DNA from: an uncultured virus (IMG/VR IMGVR_UViG_3300047274_000159) | Lineage: Duplodnaviria; Heunggongvirae; Uroviricota; Caudoviricetes | Reading direction: 5' to 3' (one strand) | Length of the DNA: 64,000 bases | IMG/VR virus record: IMGVR_UViG_3300047274_000159 | Location: 1-64,000 of that record | Shown here: piece by piece, positions 38,601 to 46,579 of the stretch | Numbering within the stretch: position 1 is the first letter of the stretch | Layout of the letters: every line of letters starts with the position of its first letter | Program-made: the position numbers and the translations under genes | The notes under the pieces: model-generated | Database searches by the model: none | Seen by the model: the letters and a program-made list of their open reading frames with translations, nothing else | Told to the model about the DNA's origin: nothing

Positions 38601-40970
38601 GCTAGTTCTACAGATGGCCTAGTATGGACACTACGCGATGCATCGACAGCGTCGTTGAATGTAACTGCAACGGCCAAAGACACAATTTCTGGTACTTATG
38701 CAGAAACATCTACTCTAACTTCAGGAACTTGGACCAGTGTTTTATATGACGGTACTAGATTCTTAGCAGTGGGCTACGACGGATCTTCGGGTCTATATGC
38801 AACAAGTACCAACGGAACTTCTTGGACTAACGGAACCTTGCCAACAGTGAGCGGCAGCTTTGAATATACCGCTGTAGCCTATAATGGTAGTAACCAATAT
38901 GTAGCAATAATAGGCGGTAGTGGCGGAACAAGAAACATTGCATACTCAGCAGACGGTGCAACCTGGACAGGCCAAACATTAGCGTTAACAGCTAATGCAT
39001 ACTGGAAAGACATGGTATACGGTGCAGGTAGATATATTGCAATCAGAGGAGATTCCTCAGCAATTAACTACTCGACTAACGGTACATCATGGACCAACGC
39101 AGCAGTTACATCCGGATCATCAGAGATGAGTGCCATATCATACGGTCAGATCAGTGGTGTTGATTATTTCGTGACCGTAGCAGGATATTCAACAGGTAGC
39201 CAAGTATCATCATATTCTACTAACGGTGGAGTAACATGGACATCTGGTAATACACTACCTAGTTCAGATTTCTGGGCCGACGTTACATTCGGCGACGGAA
39301 AATTCGTAGCAGTCGCAGGCGGAACAACCAACACTACTACAAAAGCTGCTTATTCTACTAACGGAACAACCTGGACAGCCGCTACCCTTCCGGGAGCAGC
39401 AGCTCGTTGGAACAAAGTAGTCTACGGCGGTGGTGGTTATACAGCATTTGCCTATAATAGTGATAGAACAGCTTATTCTGCAGACGGTATTACATGGGTA
39501 GAAGGACCTGCTCAGGCCGCGACTAGAAACTGGGCTGAAGCTGCCTACGGCGGAACTAAACTGATATCCATAGCCACAGGAACCACTATAGGTTCGTATG
39601 CTGATTTTGTATTGAATACAAATTACCTAACAACATCCAGCACAACTAATTTGAAATTAAATGACAGAGTTAGGTTTACCGGTGCAACTATTGGCGGAAT
39701 AGTTCCTGAGGTTTATTACTATGTGACCAGTATTGCTAGCTCAACACAATTCACAATCTCTTCTACCAAGGGAGGTTCTAACTTTGTATTGACCACAGCC
39801 AGCGGCACTGCTCCGTTCTTAGCCAGCAGAGATTTCATAGCATCGGCACTGGGAAATTATCAAGGAACTCCAAGATGGGTCGTACTTGGTGCTAACAGTC
39901 CTAGCGTACAAAACATACGCCAAGGTACTAAAACTAGAGCTAGAGCATATGTTTCAGATAACAAGATCTCTGAAATATGGATACAAGAACCGGGATCAGG
40001 ATACGTATCTGCTCCGACTATGACTATTACAGATCCTAACAACACCGGAGCAGATGCTACCACTGAAGTACGCTTAGGTAACGGTGCTATAGCTCAGCCA
40101 ATGTTTACCAATAGAGGAACCAGCTATACCGCAGCCGCAGCAGAAATCACAGGTGACGGTTATGCTGACAACTATCAAACAAGTGCGTTTGTGGCATTTA
40201 AGAATCTCAGCGGAATACCCAAAGCCGGTTCAAACGTACAACTTGCGGGCATCGACGATGTTTGGTATAGACTAGTTAATGTAACTAATCTATTACCTAA
40301 TGCCGACGGAACTTATAATGCTACTCTGCAAATAAGTCCAGCTATAGGTGCAGCCGAAGCTCCAAATCACGAAGCAGCAACTACTATCCGTAGACGTTAT
40401 TCTCAGGTTCGTTTAACAGGACACGATCTATTAGATATCGGTACTGGTGATTTTATTAATTCAAATTACCCCGGATTACCTTTGTCTGATCCTATTCCTG
40501 CTCAAGAGTACAAGCAGAGCAACGGTGGTCGTGTGTTCTACACATCAACTGACCAAGACGGTAACTTCCGAGTTGGCGGATTGTTCAACGTTGAACAAAG
40601 TACTGGTGTTGCAACATTGAATGCTGATGCGTTTAACATCGCAGGATTGAACGAACTATCGCTAGGTTCTGTTGCATTGGGTGGTTCAGGAGCTACAATT
40701 TCTGAATTCTCGACAGATCCGTTCTTTACACAAGATTCGGACACAGTAGTACCGACACAGCGAGCTATTAAAGCGTACATTACTAGCCAAATTGGTGGCG
40801 GTGGATCTAGCTTGAACGTAAATACCCTCACTGCAGGCGTTGTTTACATCGCAGGACAGACAATAGCCACAACTACAAATGTACAGATTAACATAAATAC
40901 AAAGGTAAACTTCAAAGGCGGAATTGCTGGCGATGCACTTGTATTGAACTACTTTTTACTAAACAATTAA
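32616..40970 (+). CDS. Giant tail fibre/appendage protein (2784 aa), paralog of 27098 with extra helical CxRD repeats and a second propeller block
   Basis: Same domain order as 27098; shared C-terminus (YSQVR.TGHD.LDIG.G, GGRVFYTSTDQDGNFRVG, VPTQRAIKAY); TAAATA at 32581-32586. Confidence 0.75.
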   Translation: MAEFKLGRIKFVWKNDWVTGTTYYKDDIVAYGGKTYLCVVGHTAAADFYTDLDNVPSKWNQFSDGLDWKGNWTSTTLYKENDIVKYGGYVYICNNGHTSSSTLEANQANWDLLAEGFDWKGSWANATTYKVNDLVKYGGLVYICNTAHTSAATVALGLEADQSKWDVFSRGVDWKGSWSISTRYKVGDLVKNGGNTYVCNQGHTSAATEALGLEADQSKWDYFNQGIDYKGTWSVTSRYKHNDVVKYGGGTWICITPHTSTSSFVTDNAYWNQFVEGIEFEGDWLSGTTYQPGDIVRYGGNSYIAKNTHVAGSTPPATPFDWDLFSTGFRLQGDWSSLTTYKVGEVVRNHGFTYVATADSTNQRPPNASYWSKLNEGIDWEGDWVSSHVYVLGDAVKFGANSYICVQAHTSTTGSDRPDNDITGTYWNLLTAGNEESVLTTIGDLVYYSGSGPTRLPIGDEGQVLTVESGLPTWKFFGKVKNVWYVAPHGIDEPAPTYGSTVDKPWASVRYACEQIEHGTEYPQAAYLLRQNRTFIQREITKWVEYQIAGGSGIWSGFVNDSAALCERDMGLIVDAIVYDLTHTGNVKSRTAALSYFDEAGALETFISDEEEQLVAAINYGVSLIGSVLSNTAPAANYQALQGVAVGDRIKQIIDSNYTAETGSLDICEDLAAIITNAVTAGSITGMPKEDLPNYTINVKTGQYYEVLPIRVPSGTAVVGDELRSSRISPAGKLVEDNDKAKSVAVLTHLKSITDEIVTNTAVTPTTGNTATQDTTSQNEGNVGSSTAVTSIVNNVTEIKDILTNGLGSVDAFVIPNPTNWGSSLTDTAYASTGNATGATSTYDNARAQILANTNFIKAEITAWIAVQVAGNIAPFTTSFTYDAAACARDVGYVLDAIRYDLTYGGNTQTRIAADAYYSYGVATFGNGEKEETLAAYARLKTVVGQVITEASVTVSAGNAETQDVSGTAGNTSAKNFAEERVQEIINTITADGTLPTSISPATSWVATALVTARTAVNTARAEIQTDAVQYIKREYPTLDFNTTTCSRDVGYIVDALGYDLMFGSNFASIKAGMAYRRGTSSALEVVSNQLAATQAILDFISAKAKRIAASGASVLSGLLWDDIISYVNTGTRPIITGRVTPTTDLDQINGGKILELNSNFLAAEATAYASETFKATVTSADAGTDTFTCGSQTWMVAGDTVKFSGTTFGGVNTTTTYYILASGLTATTFKVSLTLGGTAVDLSAASGSMTVTWNYDTARCQNDVRNYVKAISSDLMYTGNYYSVYAARFYRSALTGSKLEDMFYVRNGCGIRNHTLLGLDGTSDGNTAGAGDADGLTVVNEFGTKRPLAGAYVSLDPGYGPNDSNVWVTSRSTYVQNVTTFGTGCTGQKIDGSLHNGGVDSIVSNDFTQVLSNGIGAWITNLGRAELVSVFTYYNHIGYLAENGGKIRATNGNNSYGDFGSVSEGIDINEVPITGQLNNRAEEADVRNVITDGDDILIYEFGNAGSDYSSATFTTSGAGAGVATVANEFRDGAVFQVRLTDPGDSSGTGGTGYITATNLAQSGNTTQITLAAADTATSAAYVGMSIYLTSGTGAGQYGYINTYNSGSKIATVYKESTGTAGWDHVVPGTAIEAALDVTTSYTITPRLSFTDVPYTKTISNITAANNWTDVAYGDGYASYTGLSATGGSGSLAAFNVVRRKGSYTVSISTPGVLYTAGNTLTIAGTSLGGTSPANDLTITVDTINSPSGSIASVTPSGTAVTPKYVAVASGTTAAAYSLDGITWTAMTMPTATSSGGGEDNNQWSAIAYGMSSNVSYYVAVARATSTAAYSTDGINWTAANLGEVADWCDIAYGNGSFVAIAESDSSSTYRAVSTNGGSTWSTTTLASGAKAIAYGGTRFVVVEGNFSNSFAYSTSGVAWTVGTLPSNDDSSESNWVDITYGNGRFVAIADSSSMAAYSLDGISWTKSNLPANYEWSSIGYGQGLFYVTSLGDAAASSTDGLVWTLRDASTASLNVTATAKDTISGTYAETSTLTSGTWTSVLYDGTRFLAVGYDGSSGLYATSTNGTSWTNGTLPTVSGSFEYTAVAYNGSNQYVAIIGGSGGTRNIAYSADGATWTGQTLALTANAYWKDMVYGAGRYIAIRGDSSAINYSTNGTSWTNAAVTSGSSEMSAISYGQISGVDYFVTVAGYSTGSQVSSYSTNGGVTWTSGNTLPSSDFWADVTFGDGKFVAVAGGTTNTTTKAAYSTNGTTWTAATLPGAAARWNKVVYGGGGYTAFAYNSDRTAYSADGITWVEGPAQAATRNWAEAAYGGTKLISIATGTTIGSYADFVLNTNYLTTSSTTNLKLNDRVRFTGATIGGIVPEVYYYVTSIASSTQFTISSTKGGSNFVLTTASGTAPFLASRDFIASALGNYQGTPRWVVLGANSPSVQNIRQGTKTRARAYVSDNKISEIWIQEPGSGYVSAPTMTITDPNNTGADATTEVRLGNGAIAQPMFTNRGTSYTAAAAEITGDGYADNYQTSAFVAFKNLSGIPKAGSNVQLAGIDDVWYRLVNVTNLLPNADGTYNATLQISPAIGAAEAPNHEAATTIRRRYSQVRLTGHDLLDIGTGDFINSNYPGLPLSDPIPAQEYKQSNGGRVFYTSTDQDGNFRVGGLFNVEQSTGVATLNADAFNIAGLNELSLGSVALGGSGATISEFSTDPFFTQDSDTVVPTQRAIKAYITSQIGGGGSSLNVNTLTAGVVYIAGQTIATTTNVQININTKVNFKGGIAGDALVLNYFLLNN

Positions 40971-40984
40971 CGGAGAAATAATAA

Positions 40985-41305
40985 ATGGCAACAGGAATCT
41001 TAGGTCAAGCAGCTTTATCAGCAGCTACGAACACGACCGTTTATACCGTTCCGGCAACAACTTTCACAGTCATGTCAGTATCTGTTTGTAACAGAGGATC
41101 TACAGTAGCTAGTGTGAGAATAGCCTTAGCAGCAGCCGCATCGCCAACCAACGCAGAATACATTGAATATGATGCACAGATTGGTCCAAATGGTGTCCTA
41201 GAAAGAACAGGCATCATGATGAACGCAGGAAAACTTTTAGTTGTCTATGCTAATACCGCTAACATCAGCGTTACTGCATTCGGCATAGAAACTTCAACAG
41301 TATAA
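40985..41305 (+). CDS. Small beta-rich fibre adaptor-like protein
   Basis: TTVYTVPA...SVCNRG...LERTGI; paralog of 23193 and 26383. Confidence 0.55.
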   Translation: MATGILGQAALSAATNTTVYTVPATTFTVMSVSVCNRGSTVASVRIALAAAASPTNAEYIEYDAQIGPNGVLERTGIMMNAGKLLVVYANTANISVTAFGIETSTV

Positions 41306-41322
41306 TAGGGGAGTAAATTAAC

Positions 41323-41649
41323 ATGGGAAGACAGGTAACATCGTTTGGTACCGACTCAGTCGTAAATAGGACATTAACTTCAGCAACAACACTTTCGTCA
41401 AATGAAAGAATTTTTGCTGATGCAACCTCAGGTGCCTTTACACTTACGCTACCAGCAAGTCCAACTACAGGCGACACTATACAAATCATAGACGTAGCAG
41501 GTATTTTTTCCACTAACAATGTAACCATTGGTAGAAACGGAAAAAAGATTCAAAACTTATCAGAGGATTTAGTTTTAAATCTTAATAATGCTGCGGTCAC
41601 GATGATTTTCAGTGGCGACACCTATGGTTGGGTGTTTATTGGACCTTAA
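41323..41649 (+). CDS. Small structural protein with T4 gp9/gp10-like repeat
   Basis: DATSGAFTLTLPASP..GD.I.IID....F.TNNVTI..NG motif. Confidence 0.55.
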   Translation: MGRQVTSFGTDSVVNRTLTSATTLSSNERIFADATSGAFTLTLPASPTTGDTIQIIDVAGIFSTNNVTIGRNGKKIQNLSEDLVLNLNNAAVTMIFSGDTYGWVFIGP

Positions 41650-41662
41650 TAGGAATTGAAAT

Positions 41663-42694
41663 ATGGCAAAACTTTCTGATCTTCTTTCCACAAGGGAGGT
41701 CATAGCGTTCCAAGAAAACTTACCGAAAGGTAAGGTTTATTCTGTATCGGGTGTATCAGCGATGTATGCCTGTATCAGAACGGAATTCCAATGGTGTTGG
41801 AACTCGCCGGGCTGCGGAACTGCTACGATCGAAATGTGGGGTGCCGGAGGGACAGCGGCATGTAACTGCTGCTGTGCGGTTGGTATGCCGGGCAATAGTG
41901 GGGGATATACCAAAAAAACTATCGCAGTTTGGCCCTGCTCTGTAATATTTGGCCGACCAGGAGTTCCTTGTAATGGTCCTGGTACAGCGTTTTCTAACCC
42001 TTGCTTATCGGAAGGTTCTTGTCTAGTCTGGGAACGAGCTAGAGATTTATGCGGTAATACATCGGGATGTATGTGTGCCCAGGGCGGTCTAGGTGGCAGA
42101 ACCTGCTGCTGGGGATCATCATATGATAGTCCCTACTGTTGTTTTGCTGCTATGGGATATTGCAACACTTTGATCTGTAACGGCTGCGGTATTATATGTA
42201 ATGTACGTTCAGGCGATTGGTGGGCCTGCGGTTGGGGTGGCGATATTAACAAGTGTGGTGTCTATGGTAAAGTTGAATTCCGCGGATGTCAGCCAATGTG
42301 TACATGCCAGTTTATTCAATATGTTGCTCACCCTCCAGGACAGTTCTCTGAAGACGGCGGCTGGGTAGCGTTCCCGATCGAAAATGATCACGGCGGTAAT
42401 CAATGGGCAGGTGCTGGTATGGCATCAGTTGGATACTTAATTAACGCACACTCTAAATCTCCAACAGGCGGTATGCCGTGGTATAACTGTTGGAACGGTA
42501 ATAGATTCTGTACATGTTATGAACATCATTCATGTATGAACTACATGCCGTATGGCTGGGGTGCTACCCAAGCGACTCCATGTCCAGGTGTTAGAGATTC
42601 CGGACGTCGAGGCGGCCAGGGTGCTATCAGAGTCACTTATCGTGGTACCAATGTCAACGAAGAAATGTCGCATGTAAGATACGGAGAATTTTAA
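41663..42694 (+). CDS. Cys-rich, Gly-rich putative adhesin/fibre tip, paralog 1
   Basis: IEMWGAGG ... GG.GA.R..Y Gly-rich frame; about 32 Cys in 343 aa (hand count). Confidence 0.6.
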   Translation: MAKLSDLLSTREVIAFQENLPKGKVYSVSGVSAMYACIRTEFQWCWNSPGCGTATIEMWGAGGTAACNCCCAVGMPGNSGGYTKKTIAVWPCSVIFGRPGVPCNGPGTAFSNPCLSEGSCLVWERARDLCGNTSGCMCAQGGLGGRTCCWGSSYDSPYCCFAAMGYCNTLICNGCGIICNVRSGDWWACGWGGDINKCGVYGKVEFRGCQPMCTCQFIQYVAHPPGQFSEDGGWVAFPIENDHGGNQWAGAGMASVGYLINAHSKSPTGGMPWYNCWNGNRFCTCYEHHSCMNYMPYGWGATQATPCPGVRDSGRRGGQGAIRVTYRGTNVNEEMSHVRYGEF

Positions 42695-42695
42695 A

Positions 42696-43913
42696 ATGGC
42701 ATTGTTAACACAACTTTTAGGAAATCGAGAACTAGGCTGGGAAGACCAACTAGAAAAAGGTCGTATCTGGGTCTATGGTGACGGCAATGAATATACTCCG
42801 TTGTGTAACGGTTTTTGCTGGAAACCACCAGGATGCGGTAAGGTTATTATTGAAATGTGGGGTCCTGGCGGATCTTCCGGCCGCGGTTGCTGCTGCGGGT
42901 CTAGTTTGCCTAGTAATCCCGGAGCATATACTAGAAAATGCATCTGTGTGTGCCCGTCAAACTATATCTGTGGTTCTATAGGTAGAGCCTGCGGAGATAC
43001 TCCTGCATACAGTAGAGGCGATCCAGAGCCTGTACAGCTATGCTGGTTTGGCTGCGCACCTAACGCCCTTTTCTGGGGCGGTGCAAACTCAAGAGTTTCT
43101 CAGAGCACATGGAAAGGAAACAATCCATGGGGCTGGGGCAACGGAGAAACCACAGCAAATATACAGAACTGCCATGCAGACGGTAAGTATTGGGCTCCAA
43201 GAGGTTCTAATGCCACAATGTGTGGTGCAGGATCTTGCTGTGTGTGCTGTGATGCAGGTGCTAGTCGAGGATGTATGTGTGTACAAGGCGGTAAATCCGG
43301 TTGGTTTATGTGCGTTGACGGTAACAGAAATCACTTCCACTGCTGGGGTAACGTAAAACACTGTCAGCGTAGATTTAAAACTCAAGAAAGCTGTAGCTGG
43401 TGGAGTTGCACCATGGTCTGCAATATCTGTTCAGATCAAAGTAACCAATATAATGCTACTGGATTTAGATGCGGATTTGGTGGCGACATGAACTGCTGCG
43501 GTACCTTATCCTGTTCACGTTTCTTAGATTGTGTACAAAATAATCCGGGATGTATATATCAATACAATCAATCAACACCTCCTATGATGTATTCAACAGA
43601 GGGCGGCGTATTCAGCTATCAGCACGAACATGATAGTCCGTCCGGTGCTACTTCGGGCGGTGCTGTTACAGCGATGTTAGCCGGAGTACAAACACTTTCT
43701 AGACAACCAAGTCACATGCCAACACACTGGTGCTGGAACGGTGCTAGAGCCTGCGGATGTTACGAAATGTGGGGTTGTGTACCATTCAGTCCTCCGGGCA
43801 TGGGCGGATACCCTACGCATGTCTGCGGCGACGTGCGAGATCATGGCGGCCGAGGTGGCATGGGTATGGTAAGAATCAGATATGTACCAACAGATGGAGG
43901 CAATACGTACTAA
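42696..43913 (+). CDS. Cys-rich, Gly-rich putative adhesin/fibre tip, paralog 2
   Basis: IEMWGPGG ... GGMGMVRIRY; about 39 Cys in 405 aa (hand count). Confidence 0.6.
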   Translation: MALLTQLLGNRELGWEDQLEKGRIWVYGDGNEYTPLCNGFCWKPPGCGKVIIEMWGPGGSSGRGCCCGSSLPSNPGAYTRKCICVCPSNYICGSIGRACGDTPAYSRGDPEPVQLCWFGCAPNALFWGGANSRVSQSTWKGNNPWGWGNGETTANIQNCHADGKYWAPRGSNATMCGAGSCCVCCDAGASRGCMCVQGGKSGWFMCVDGNRNHFHCWGNVKHCQRRFKTQESCSWWSCTMVCNICSDQSNQYNATGFRCGFGGDMNCCGTLSCSRFLDCVQNNPGCIYQYNQSTPPMMYSTEGGVFSYQHEHDSPSGATSGGAVTAMLAGVQTLSRQPSHMPTHWCWNGARACGCYEMWGCVPFSPPGMGGYPTHVCGDVRDHGGRGGMGMVRIRYVPTDGGNTY

Positions 43914-43914
43914 T

Positions 43915-44916
43915 ATGGCTACCTTAAGAACATTAGTTGAAAACAAATTAAATCAGATCGACACTGACGAAACAGATCTAGAAAAAGGGCAGGTATGGAC
44001 TTTTGCACCTGCCGGATCTGCTGGTATTAACTTCCATCCTAGTAACATATTTTGTTGGACAGCCCCTGGTACAGGTCGAGTGATTATCGATATCTGGGGT
44101 GCTGGCGGTTCAAGTCCAAGTATCCGTTGCTGCGGAGTGGGTCTTCCAGGAAACCCAGGAGCATGGTCTAGAAAATGTATTTGTGTAACCAACGGATGCA
44201 TGATCTGCGGACAAATAGGTATTAGCTGCGGTAATCCAGAAACATTCTGTTTTAAAGGCTGTTCCGAACCGACGCAGGTATGCTGGGCCGGTAGAAATCA
44301 ATACACAGGTGATGCCGTAAACGGATGTATGTGTGCCCAGGGCGGTCGTGGAGGTACAGCGTATTGTGCTCCGGGATCAGCAGCAGTATTCTGCTGTTTC
44401 CAAAGCGGTAACTTCTGTGTAACTAATTATTCAAACGGTACCTGTGGTATCGTATGTAACTATGGCCCAGGAACAGGATCATGCTGTGCAGAATCTTGGG
44501 GCGGTGATATTAACAAGCGCGGCGGATTCAGCTGTGCTACATTCTGGACCTGTTATAGTAATTGTCCATGCTCTACTCAAGCACACGTGGCTATTCCTCC
44601 GGGACTATTTTCATGTGATGGCGCTGTTGTGACGCATGGATTTGAGACAGATAGTGATTATTCACAATGGAACGGATCTGGTTATCATCAGTTCACATTT
44701 ATGCTAAATGCATTGAACAGAAGCCCACAACGCGGTCACCCACTTACCCATTGCTGGGTATCAACTAAAGCCTGTGGATGTTATCAGATGCAGGCATGTG
44801 TACCGTTCTTCCCAACAGGCACAGGCGGAACTATGCCAACACCATGCGGTGACCACTGCAACTTTGGTTGGAGAGGCGGCTATGGCGCAGTAAGAATTAA
44901 TTTTATACCGAGGTAA
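43915..44916 (+). CDS. Cys-rich, Gly-rich putative adhesin/fibre tip, paralog 3
   Basis: IDIWGAGG ... GGYGAVRINF; about 32 Cys in 333 aa; start reassigned to ATG 43915 (MATLRTL) by paralogy. Confidence 0.6.
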   Translation: MATLRTLVENKLNQIDTDETDLEKGQVWTFAPAGSAGINFHPSNIFCWTAPGTGRVIIDIWGAGGSSPSIRCCGVGLPGNPGAWSRKCICVTNGCMICGQIGISCGNPETFCFKGCSEPTQVCWAGRNQYTGDAVNGCMCAQGGRGGTAYCAPGSAAVFCCFQSGNFCVTNYSNGTCGIVCNYGPGTGSCCAESWGGDINKRGGFSCATFWTCYSNCPCSTQAHVAIPPGLFSCDGAVVTHGFETDSDYSQWNGSGYHQFTFMLNALNRSPQRGHPLTHCWVSTKACGCYQMQACVPFFPTGTGGTMPTPCGDHCNFGWRGGYGAVRINFIPR

Positions 44917-44919
44917 AAA

Positions 44920-45561
44920 ATGAGAAAAACATTTATACATACATTGCCAGACGAGCCATATAAGCAAAGTTCTCGTCTTAACAAAACAGTCCAATGTGAA
45001 TACAATGGTCCAAGATATCACGTAGTAAGGATGCTAGAAAAAGATGGAACAGTCCTGAATGTAGAAAGATCGGGCGATGATAGAGAAGCCTTAGAAGCCA
45101 CTATCGTTGATGACGGTCCTATATTTGACTTTTTTATTCTTGACTCAGATACACATCCATGGGAAGCAGCATACCTAACACATGCGTATTCACACGGTGA
45201 AGTTCAAGATTACGAAGAAACTCTTCCTACAGGCCAGAAGTATCTTTATCAATTGTTAGACGGTCATGGAATTATTGAGCAATTCCATGCTGTGAACACC
45301 ATGAAATACGATAAGGGTTCAAATTTATTTGTAAAACCACCTTTTACAACACATCCGATCACTAAATCGGAATTCTGGGAAGGTGTCGATAATCAAATTA
45401 AAGAAATTGGCAAAATGATCGAACGAGGAACATCTCAGTATTCGGATCAGCAACTAGCAAATCTACAATCGTATAAAGCTAGCCTAGAATCAATCAAAGC
45501 TAATTTATCCGGTGTAGACCATTGGAAGATTCCATTTCCTACATATCCAGACCTAAGCTGA
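44920..45561 (+). CDS. Hypothetical protein, possible fibre assembly chaperone
   Basis: C-terminal Y..SL..I......W.IPFP..P resembles tail-fibre assembly protein endings; follows the adhesin triplet. Confidence 0.4.
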   Translation: MRKTFIHTLPDEPYKQSSRLNKTVQCEYNGPRYHVVRMLEKDGTVLNVERSGDDREALEATIVDDGPIFDFFILDSDTHPWEAAYLTHAYSHGEVQDYEETLPTGQKYLYQLLDGHGIIEQFHAVNTMKYDKGSNLFVKPPFTTHPITKSEFWEGVDNQIKEIGKMIERGTSQYSDQQLANLQSYKASLESIKANLSGVDHWKIPFPTYPDLS

Positions 45562-45574
45562 TATTTTTTAAACC

Positions 45575-45631
45575 AAGAAAGGCCTTGTACCTATATCCGT
45601 GAGGATATATAATCAGTACAAGGCCTTTCTT
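45575..45631 (+). promoter_or_regulatory. Perfect 16-bp inverted repeat enclosing a sigma70-like promoter
   Basis: AAGAAAGGCCTTGTAC (45575-45590) / GTACAAGGCCTTTCTT (45616-45631); inner TATATCC-GTGA-GGATATA; TTGTAC-N17-TATAAT (45585-45613). Confidence 0.7.
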
Positions 45632-45643
45632 ATTGGAGTTTAA

Positions 45644-46579
45644 ATGACAAGATCTAAAGCGTTTTTTATAAACGGCGGTGCTGGCAGAATGATTTGTTCA
45701 ATTCCTGCTTTTGAAAAATACGAAGAAGAATCTGGAGATAAAGATTTTATCATAGTCTGCGAAGGCGGAACAGATGTATATAAAGGGCATCCTAAATTAG
45801 ATCATAGAGTCTATGATATCTGGCACAAAAATTTGTTCCAAGATAAGTTAAAGGATATGGACGTAATTACCTTAGAGCCGTATAGGATCTGGGAATATTA
45901 CAATCAAAAATGTTCGATAGCACAGGCATTTGACATCCAAATGAACGACAAGGGCATTAGAAGCCTACCAAAGCCTACTGTGTATCTGTCCAAAGACGAA
46001 TTACTCCATGGTAGACAAGTTGTCGGAGAAGTGAAAAACAAGCTGAAAAAAGACAAACTGGCAGTTTTTCAACCTTTCGGTAGAGGAATTGAATATATCG
46101 ACGAAACTTTGATCGACAAAACAGGTCGTAGTTTTGAGTTAAAAGATGTTAAACAGATTATCAAAAAATTACAAGATCACGGTTATGCTATAGTAATGAT
46201 GTCTGAATTTAAGGTTGATCTAACTGATGCTAAACTTAAAGACGAAGTAGCCGTACCTGAAAATGTTAATGTAAGAGTCTGGGCAGCGATAATAAAATAT
46301 TCAGATCATTTCCTAGGATGTGATAGTCTAGGTCAACATCTAGCTTATTCAGTCGGAACTCAAGCAACTGTGGTAACAGGAGCTACCTATCCCATTAATG
46401 TCAGTTATCCAGACACAGAAGGTGTTGATGTGTTAGATATGGGAGAAGTGGATCGAGAGTACAGCCCTATCAGAATTACTATGGACGAAAGAATTGACAG
46501 AAAAAATGAAAAAATCATGACTATGAGCGAGGAAATAACGACTCATATTGTTAACTATGTTTTAGGAAAAAAAGAATGA
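45644..46579 (+). CDS. GT-B fold glycosyltransferase, GT9 (heptosyltransferase)-like
   Basis: N-terminal INGGAGR.ICSIPA and C-terminal AAII....HFLGCDSLGQHLA match the GT9 G.GD and DSG..HLA patterns. Confidence 0.65.
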   Translation: MTRSKAFFINGGAGRMICSIPAFEKYEEESGDKDFIIVCEGGTDVYKGHPKLDHRVYDIWHKNLFQDKLKDMDVITLEPYRIWEYYNQKCSIAQAFDIQMNDKGIRSLPKPTVYLSKDELLHGRQVVGEVKNKLKKDKLAVFQPFGRGIEYIDETLIDKTGRSFELKDVKQIIKKLQDHGYAIVMMSEFKVDLTDAKLKDEVAVPENVNVRVWAAIIKYSDHFLGCDSLGQHLAYSVGTQATVVTGATYPINVSYPDTEGVDVLDMGEVDREYSPIRITMDERIDRKNEKIMTMSEEITTHIVNYVLGKKE

